DNA of 44,793 nucleotides from Raillietiella orientalis (taxonomy: Eukaryota): assembly GCA_036172245.1 (NCBI GenBank), contig JAYWIR010000012.1:4464001-4508793 (forward strand). The letters are read 5' to 3'. Below the pieces are notes generated by a model. That model made no database searches. It was not told the origin of the DNA and saw only the letters and a list, made by a program, of their open reading frames with translations. Of this stretch, positions 36,767 to 44,793 are shown in pieces. Position 1 is the stretch's first letter. Every line of letters begins with the position of its first letter. Made by a program: the position numbers and the translations under genes.

Positions 36767-39700
36767 TCAGCACGCCGAAAGCTCCCCGTCGACGCTCCAC
36801 CGGATGTTGTCGATGTGGGTGGCGAGCGTGGTGAGGAAGCTCTCCAGGCCGCGCCTGCAACGGAAACACGCTCGGCAAGTGGCGGTGGCTGGCGGGCTGT
36901 GCAAAGCGCGTCGCTTTCGGACGCAGGGCGCGCGCCTCACTCGCATCCCGCTTCCTCCTCCTGGCTGCGTAGCAGAGAACCGGCGTCGCAGGTAAACTGA
37001 AACGAGAGCGAGACGTGAATTCCAGGAGGTAGGAACGCGGTCTTCGTTATGGCGAGGTAGAGTGGAAACAGGCGTGGCTGACCTGCGTCTCGTCCACCGC
37101 GTCTTCGTCGTCCGCCAGCAACGTGCGGTAATCAAGACGCGACGGCGGTTCCAGGGCGCCACCTTCCGTGCCTTGCGTGCGAAACCTGATGGAGCACGGA
37201 GCGAATTGGTCTTCCGCGGGGCTGGACACGGCAACCCGGGGCAAACGCCTCCCTCCCGCTTTGCCCCATCGCCGGGATACCGGTCCTCCTCTCACCTCGA
37301 GGATGCGTCTTGCTCTTCCAGACTGTGTCCGACGTCACCAAAGACCTTCGTCATGTCTCCCATCCTGGGGAGAACGAGCCAAACGCGAGCGAAACTTCGA
37401 AGGGCGCTAGCGCGGAGGGCGCGAACGGGCGCTCGGCGACTTGGCTCACCTGCGCAGGCAGCTGTCGATGAGGCAGGCCTGGGTCAGCTCGCAACCCGTC
37501 TGCAAGAAAGAAGGACACGCGACGACTGCGGCGACGAGAGAAACGGACGCTGGCGAGGGAGGCCGCATGCGCAGCGCGATCGCGACGCGGAGGCGCCAGC
37601 ACCACGACGCCTGCCGTAGTCCCGCCGGAGAAAGTGCGAGCCCGCTGCGCAAACCCGCGCCTCCCTCCTCCCCGTATCGCGCACCGACACCCCAACATTA
37701 CGTCTGTGGCAGGTGGTCCCACGGCGTCGCACGGGTGCACCGGCCGCTCCACGAACGGCTGCACAGCGAGCCCGGCGCTCGCGGGAGCCTGGTGCCGGTA
37801 CGCCTGCTCTGCGTCGTGTACCTCCACCCTGCGGGCCAAGAAAAAGACCAGGGAAGCGGGGAAAGGAGACGAGCAGGCGGTCTGGCTGACCTGGTTTCCG
37901 CTCTCTTCGGCGCGTGCTCAAACAGCTTGCTGATGAGCGCGCGCACCCTCGTCGGCCAGTCCTCCGGCATGTCTCCCGACTCGGCCTCCAAGATGTTCTG
38001 GAAAGTACGGCGAGGCGCAGAGAGCTGGTATGGATCTTTATGCAGCACTGAATGACTCTGCTACTTTAAATCCACTTGGGGATTTAAAATGGGGGTGTGG
38101 AGTGCTCCGCGCTCGCTCGAATGGGAAGCTGGCGGTCGAAGAAGCAACGGCCTCACCAGCAAGCTGGTCCTCCACAAGGGAAGCTCAGGGGCGTCCTGCG
38201 ACCGTCGAATGCTGGCGTTCGCCTGCGGGAGATGGGGTCGCCTGCGCGTCTGCGGTCCGGACGCACCGACGTGCTTTTTGAGCTGCTGCTGCTTCTGCAA
38301 AAAGTCCAGCGAAGTGAGGTCCGTTGGAGCGCGCGAATCGAGAGGACGCCGATGTCCAATGTTCAGGCGTCCAGCGCCGGACGACGCGAGGCGTTCCAAC
38401 GGCGACGTTCCGTCTCGAAAGAAATGACCCTGTCCAAAAAGGCAGGCGCCCCGCGGGACCGATTCATTCTCGGCCTGAATCCCACCGCCTTCTCCGTCGC
38501 TCTAGGCTTGTGCTCCTGCCCTCCCACCCTTACGCAGGCGTCGACGAGCGCGCGCATCGCTCCGATGCGGTGTCCAGGGCAGCCTCCATTTCCTCTCACC
38601 TTCTCCAATTGTCTCTCCGCCAGTTTCCACATCCATCGGAACATGTTGTCCCGGTCCTGGTGGCCGCCCAGTTTGATCCAGGCTGCCTCTTTGTCCTGGA
38701 AGGGGGTGAATGCAAGTCTCCTCGTACACACATCACCGACGGACTTGCACGTCCCGGCGAGCGGTCCCTTTCACGTACCGCCAAGTAGCATCGCTCCTTT
38801 TGCATCCCCCTAACTTCACTCCTGGCTGGACGGCCAGGTTTTCCATCTTCAGTGCGGGCAGGCGCCCACTCATGGTTTGCTTTTTCAACTCCTCCTGCCG
38901 CTTTCCGATCTCGTCCAGCCTTTAGACTCGCATTCATCTCCCGGCGTCGATCGATCAATGTCATGTCGACGGACATAACGCTTCGGAGAAACCTTTTGAA
39001 CTTTCCAAAGTCTCCGTTCAGGTCCTTCTTCACTCTTTCCAGCGTGGCCTCCTCCTGGCCGAAGAGGAACCTCAGGATGCATTCCACCTCCTCGCTGCCT
39101 TCTAAAAACTGCTTCTGCCGACTTCGTTGTTCGTCGGTGAGTAGCGAACAGAAGTCGACGATTTGGATCTTCAGCCGCTGGAGGTGTTGGAGAACCGCTT
39201 CCGCCTTGCGGTTCCTCTCCTCCAGCACGTCCCTGAGCTTGACGCGGACGGCGCGCATGACAGCCAGGAGGACTTCCGGCTTGTCTTGCGCCTGGCGGAC
39301 GAGCCCCTCGACCTGGGCGGCACCCAGGTCGCACACGCAGTAGAAGAGCATCCACAGGGCTTCCGCATCGACGCATCGCAACAGGCGTGCGCAGTCCTGC
39401 TGGGTGGTCAGCAAAGCGCACAGGTCCTTCAGAAGAACGCTGTTTGCGTCGTTGGGGACGCGTCGGCAGACGTGTACGCCTCGTCCTCGAGCGCATCCTG
39501 TCGACGAGCCGGCGATCTGAAGGCGCGCACACCCACCCTGCGCACCTCCACGCCCTCTACCGTAATCACGAAGTCATCCTCGCTGACCATCAGCTCCGTG
39601 TCGTCCTGCACGTGCGAGTGGAGAGGAGGACAAGCGTTAGACAAGCCGCGGGCGCGCCGATGCGCTCCTCTGCGCGCTCCCTCTCGCAGCTGCTTACCGG

Positions 39701-40534
39701 CCTCCCCAAGATGTTTACGTTCCGAATCTGCTGATCGTCGTCCAATCCAAGGTCCATCACCACGCAGGAAACCTTCCTGATGAGCGTAACAAGCTCATGC
39801 ACCGTGAACGATAAACATTGACTGCGATCGCTCATCGGCACCATCGAAACAAATTCCTGAGGCGCAAAAAAGAGAGTCGAAATTCAGGCGCGACGCGGAA
39901 CCGCTGCGCGCAACGACCAGCGCGCGCTTTCCGGATGCGGCGCTGCTTCACGGATTCTGCGCTCTTACCTGCAGCGCGTTTTCCATCCAACGGTGCATGG
40001 ATATCAACCTGGTCAGAAACCCGGGGGTAGGGGTGGTTCTTCCGCTACCTAGTCTCTCCTGCAGCTCCTTTGCCACGTTCTGGTAATAGTAAAGGCTTCT
40101 CGTTATTTTCTTTTGAATCCCAGAGTCCTTTCGATCCTGCGCTCTCTGTCCGCAATATCCGCAGCAGGGATTTCCTTCCCTTTTCGCGAAACGACCTTGA
40201 TCTCGTCGATCAACCGGTCGATCCTTTGCCGCATCCCACGCAGGGCTTCCCCATATTTCTGCTGGCACTCTCTGCCCGCGCCCCGAAACTGCATGTTGCC
40301 TTTCTTCGTTTTCCTTTCGAAATGAATTGCAGCCCGAACGAATGTTTCCATGGTTTTTCTTCTCCTTGGCTCAGAGTGGAGGTGGGGGGAATGGGAGGGG
40401 AAATGCTTTTCCTCTGAAACGCTGAAAACATCTACTAGAGACGCAGCAGACGTTGTCTGGAGCTTGGCCGAATATAGTGGAGGGCATAAAAAAAAGAGCA
40501 AGAGATGGACGAGATGGCAACTAACGTGTTCCAT
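36767..40534 (-). CDS. Uncharacterised GC-rich multi-exon gene, ~827 aa if two 1-nt frameshifts are corrected (possibly a pseudogene); predicted signal peptide and helical core. Exons 40534-39969, 39856-39698, 39605-39537, 39497-38779, 38695-38600, 38429-38157, 37997-37891, 37828-37702, 37499-37450, 37364-37296, 37185-37083, 36996-36941, 36854-36767
   Basis: Twelve GT-AG junctions have compatible phases and mostly strong donors (GTAAGA, GTAAGC, GTGAGA, GTGAGC, GTGAGG). A terminal stop is followed by AATAAA. The hydrophobic N-terminus is MEHVSCHLVHLLLFFLCPPLYSA. No recognisable family. Extra small exons or introns around 38150-38600 are possible. Confidence 0.7.
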
Positions 40535-41329
40535 ACGGAGTTTCGCTTCCTGAAGACGAAATTGTCACCTTGCATAGGGCCGAGAGCACTTCTTGCCTTT
40601 CGAAGGCAGTCCGATCACTCTTCTGCTGAGCAGAAGTCGCCCAACGGAACGCCTACGCACTTGAAGCACCTATCCGTAGGAGTACCCAGGCGGATCCAGG
40701 AGGACTCATTCTCTCAAGTACAGCCAACCGGAACGACCGTAGACTTCTACCTGTTGACTCTCACGCCCGAAGCAACAGTTGGAAGAAGTCGTCGAGCGCA
40801 TCCGCCGACCGCACTGGCACTGACGTGCGCTCTTTTCGCTCATTGAGCGTGTTTTTGGTCTTTGGTCCTTGTGTTGGATTCTGCCTGTGTCCTGCAAGGG
40901 AATGGCGTACACACAAGAACGAATGGAGGTGGAGGATGCAGTGTGCTTAGCCCGCCGATTTGTGCCGTCAGTACGGCCGATTTTTCGTTGTGGTATCTTC
41001 AGGCTGTGCGCTGAGCAGTGCGGTGATCCGCTCGTTGCACAGAGGAGGCCAAGCGGGCTCGGAGATCGTAAACGAGAAACGCACTTCGGCAGTCGGACGC
41101 GCATCCAGTGACATGGTCGCCGAAGAAGGATCCTCTAACAGTGCAGGGCTACGTGCCTTCAAAGCGTTCCGGTGTAGGGAAGAAAAGCTCGATCTCTGGA
41201 GTCAATAGCGCGGACCTGCCGGCGGCTGTCCAGAATCGGACTGCTCGAGAAAGAGCACAGTAGCTTAGCAAACTTGGAGGAAGGTATCGTGCTCGGTTTC
41301 AGAAAATCCCTGGGAACTGCCGTTTGCCT

Positions 41330-42170
41330 TCTTTTCTTTGCTTTCCTTCCACATGGATAGCTCTATTTTGGATGTTTATTGTTTGCTTTTCCTCCATACC
41401 AACCCGATGCGGGCCTCATATACCAGCCTGCTTGAGAAAACGAAGCTACTTTAGGATTCCGGAGACTCCAGTGAGACTTCTGTACTATTCAGATTCTTTT
41501 TGCTGACGTACTTTCAGCGCAAAATTCTGCAAAATCCTCCTTAGTGAGATTCAAAATATGCTGCAAAGGTCGCTGAGACCCGAGTATGGAAGTGGATTAG
41601 AAAGTCACGTGGTTATTTCAGGGTAGATTAGAAGACTGGGCTCGAATTTCCAGCCCATTTAGTGGGTACGGAAATATATGCAGTCCTAAACATCCAGAAG
41701 GATCACGATCGTTTGCTTTAGAGAGGAAAAATACTGGACTTTCTTTATCCATGGTAGTACATTTCTTTGGTAGCCTTCCCTCGAACTAGGATACTTGTCA
41801 ACAACTCTTATATGGCATTTTCGATCAGATTGTAGGCGCAGGAAAGTCTGGGTTCCTTAGAAAGGATGAGTTCGAAGGAACCATCCGTTCTTTACTTTGC
41901 CTCAACCCAAAACTGCTTGTGTTCTACATAGAGAACCCAAGTAGGTGTTCGAGCAACAGCAAGCCACAATAGCTTCCCATTTGCGTTCTATGGTGCAGCT
42001 AGGAGAGTCGATTTGCTGCAGCAAACCTTTGAGCATTTTCAACAGGTGGCATAGTGAAATGAGAAGCCATCTTTCGTTCCTAAGGCGTCTGACCTTAAGT
42101 ATGTGATGGTGTATGGGTGCCTTCTAGCATTTCTAACTTACAGGTCTCGTACACTGTCCTTTACTTTCAT
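41330..42170 (-). mobile_element. Possible decayed LINE APE-endonuclease fragment
   Basis: Weak ordered remnants: LEMLEGTH (~lQETH), NGKLLWLAV (~dGr.l.v), PYSGLSDL (~SDH) and HWSLRN (~yWklN). Confidence 0.27.
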
Positions 42171-42509
42171 ATGGGTTTCTGGCATGCAGAAATTCATATG
42201 TATGTACCCAGTAATGAACATGTGTATTAATTTTTTGTAATCTCTACCATTTAAGTTATTAAAATACGAGAATATATTTCGAATTACATCAATAAATGTG
42301 TTTGCAAATATCAACTTCTATATTCATCCGTACGTTCATGTATATGCGAATTCAATGAAGTATGTAGAAAATATAAGTAATTATTTTTCCTTAATTTCCC
42401 TATGACACACATTAATCTATATATCAATCTTCAGGCGAACATCTGTTATGATCATATGATCTATTCTAAGAGCATCCTCAGTATAGACACACACAGTACG
42501 TATACATAT

Positions 42510-42511
<2 letters not shown>

Positions 42512-42543
<32 letters not shown>
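42512..42543. repeat. (TG)16 microsatellite
   Basis: Read directly from the sequence. Confidence 0.95.
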
Positions 42544-42547
<4 letters not shown>

Positions 42548-42620
42548 CGCGTGCTGGTATTTGTAAATACTGGACAATTTGCTGATCATAACTTTGAGAA
42601 ATTAGGATCTGAAAGTGGAA

Positions 42621-42757
42621 CAACCACAGCCCACCTTCCGCAGACAAATTCGGCTTTGCTTGCCAACGAGCACTCCACGTCACGTGTCATGGGATTCCGA
42701 GTTAAATCGACATACTCACGAACTCCAAAGTCGCTTCGTGGTTCACCGGGACCTCTA
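42621..42757. repeat. 137-bp dispersed direct repeat, copy B
   Basis: Ungapped match to 36316-36452 in the same orientation. Confidence 0.95.
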
Positions 42758-43959
42758 CCGAAGAAGCCCGTGAATGTGAAAGATTAATGAAATGATGGCA
42801 CCGGTTTGCTGAAAGTGCGCGCGTTGCCATTAGAAACAGACGTAGAGATGTTATGGAAGGAATAGAGAAAATGCAGGGAGGTAAGAAATCTCAGAAGTAA
42901 AAACTTTCATAGTAATAAGAAGAAAATCCAGAATATTACTGGTGGCAATATCAAAAAGATTCACAGTGGATTATCCACTAAGGAAAAGCATATACTGAAT
43001 CACTGAAGGGTAAGCAAATTACCAAAAGCACTTGGCAATCATTATGCATAACAGTGGTCGGTGGACAAACAACCAAGGGAGCATAAAACTTGATGGTTAT
43101 GGAAAGGGCAGTGAGGTTGCATACTCGATATTGCTAAGCATTGCACAGCTCTAGCCACACCGTACTCGACTTTATACGAATTTGCCATGGAGAATGGGCT
43201 TGGACTAAAGAAGAAACCAACTGTCTATTTGATTTATTTTACCATGTACGAACTAACGACGGTAGGATGAATTTCATGTGCAATGACAGCATCAAGTTGA
43301 GAACGATTTCATACTTACTGCGACGGTCAGCTACGGAGCGAAACAAGGAATTACCCATGCTGTAAGCAATATTATGAAAGGAAATATTGCTCGTGTATCA
43401 GAAGAGGAATCTGAAAAATTTCTGTAAACTAAAGATTTGCCAAACTTGGATTGTCGACCTTTTTCCACCGTTATGGCAATCAGCCTGCGCTGAATTGTAT
43501 TTTTGCGATACTTTGTGGTCTGATTCTTCTTGTCAAGATTTGGGTAAAGCACTAGAAGATTATGCAAAACGAGACAAACGACATGGCAGATAGTCATCTT
43601 GTCATTAGAATACTGCCTTCAATAGTAATGTTGCTTATGTTCGCTTTTGTTACATACTTCCGTGATTTGTCGTTTTACCTACCAATTTTTTCTATAGGAG
43701 TTTTATTTCCTTTCGAATGGTATAACCTAACTCAGCGGAACAGAATCGTGTCATCGATCGGACTGCCAAATGCCTCATCGATATGCCCATATAACCTGCC
43801 ACAGGGAATCTATGCATCGGCTACCATTTGGAGCATCGATATCACTGTCTAACTATTTGGTACGAATTTTGGTGTAGCTAAAACGTGTCCATAATCTGTC
43901 GTTATCATTTTACATTTACAAAAAAAAACAAGCTTATCCCTGATTTATTATCCATTCAC

Positions 43960-44793
43960 AACGTTTGCGAGGCCGAGGTTCCTCCGATGGGGATTTCCAG
44001 GTGTTTGACTTCATCTACCACTCGGAAGCTTTCTTCCTTCAGTGGGGTGATCCAGGATTCTGATAAGCAGCTTCTGGTCGTTGATTTTCAGGCCCAGTTC
44101 TTCTTTTGCACTGATTGAGCACTTCCGGAAATGCGTCTTTCAGAAAGAAAGCGTGCTGATCCTTTTTGTCTTTCAGAAAGAAGAGAAGGTCGTCTGCGTA
44201 TGCTAGATGGGTCAGATTGTCGTTTCCCATTGTCAGTCCTTGGAGGCGAACTTTTAGGTCAACAGCTACAGCTCCCACATACTCCTTGAAGGATTCATTT
44301 TTCTGTCCTGGTTGTGCCGTCTCATGTCTGTTTATTGGAATTTTGAGTGTCATCCGCATGTACTGCAGGAAGTACTGTGGAAAGTTCATCTTCTCCAGGA
44401 TTCGTAGCAATATCCTGTAGTCCACAATGTCGAATGGTGCTCTTATGTCTGTGGGTGCCATTACCAGGATGCCACCAACGCACCGGATGTTTCCGATCGT
44501 GGCCTGGGTGCACTTCACGCTGTCAGACATGCGTCGTCCAGGCGCGGCGCATGTCTGCGTAACAGAAAGCAATGACGGCAGGACCTTCTTCAGGCCATCC
44601 GAATGTCTGGCATCCGTATTCGAGATGGAGATGGGCCTCCACTGCGTGACTTTTTTGAGATCGCCACTTTTTGGCAGCAGCCGCATCCTACTCTGGTCAA
44701 ACGACTCCGGAAGCTTTTCTTCTTGAATACTGATAGTCAATTCGTGGAACAGACGCAGGTAGGCGTGCTGGTATCTTTGATAGTGCGAGATGG
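43960..44793 (-). mobile_element. L1/Tx1-clade LINE reverse-transcriptase fragment (defective), continuing beyond the right edge
   Basis: ORF 44740-44039 contains LLPKSGDLKKVTQWRPISISNTD, TQTCAAPGRRMSD, DIRAPFDIVDY..LEKMNFP and LAYADDLLFF. After a frameshift come LGLKINDQK and VKHLEIPIG (~vkYLGi). Confidence 0.9.

Noticed and set aside
36480..39780. Long + strand and alternate-frame ORFs in the GC-rich block (e.g. 38097-38813, 39163-39780, 37441-38055)
   Set aside because: These are shadow ORFs caused by high GC. Splice signals, the stop and the polyA signal all support the - strand model.

Overview
Eukaryotic, most likely animal, genomic DNA with many 39-49 nt introns, so the ORF track fragments or misses the real genes. 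Four conserved spliced genes were rebuilt by hand. (1) A multi-Tudor (eTudor/TDRD-like) gene on - that runs off the left edge. (2) A BolA3 gene on - (12925-18169) that the ORF track essentially misses. (3) A complete 10-exon ATP9-type P4-ATPase on + (18868-25113), head-to-head with BolA3 and containing one GC-AG intron. (4) An 8-exon LRRC6/DNAAF11 dynein-assembly gene on - (25125-28449), whose stop codon lies 11 bp from the ATP9 stop. The right 18 kb holds decayed non-LTR retrotransposons (L1/Tx1-like and one R2-group-like), all on -. It also holds a GC-rich, ~13-exon orphan gene (36767-40534, -) with a signal-peptide-like start, two single-base frameshifts and a 137-bp direct repeat on each side; this is the most unusual object in the window. 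A weak + strand exon chain lies at 7.3-8.7 kb. No rRNA, tRNA or CRISPR features were found, and the organism cannot be named from the sequence alone.
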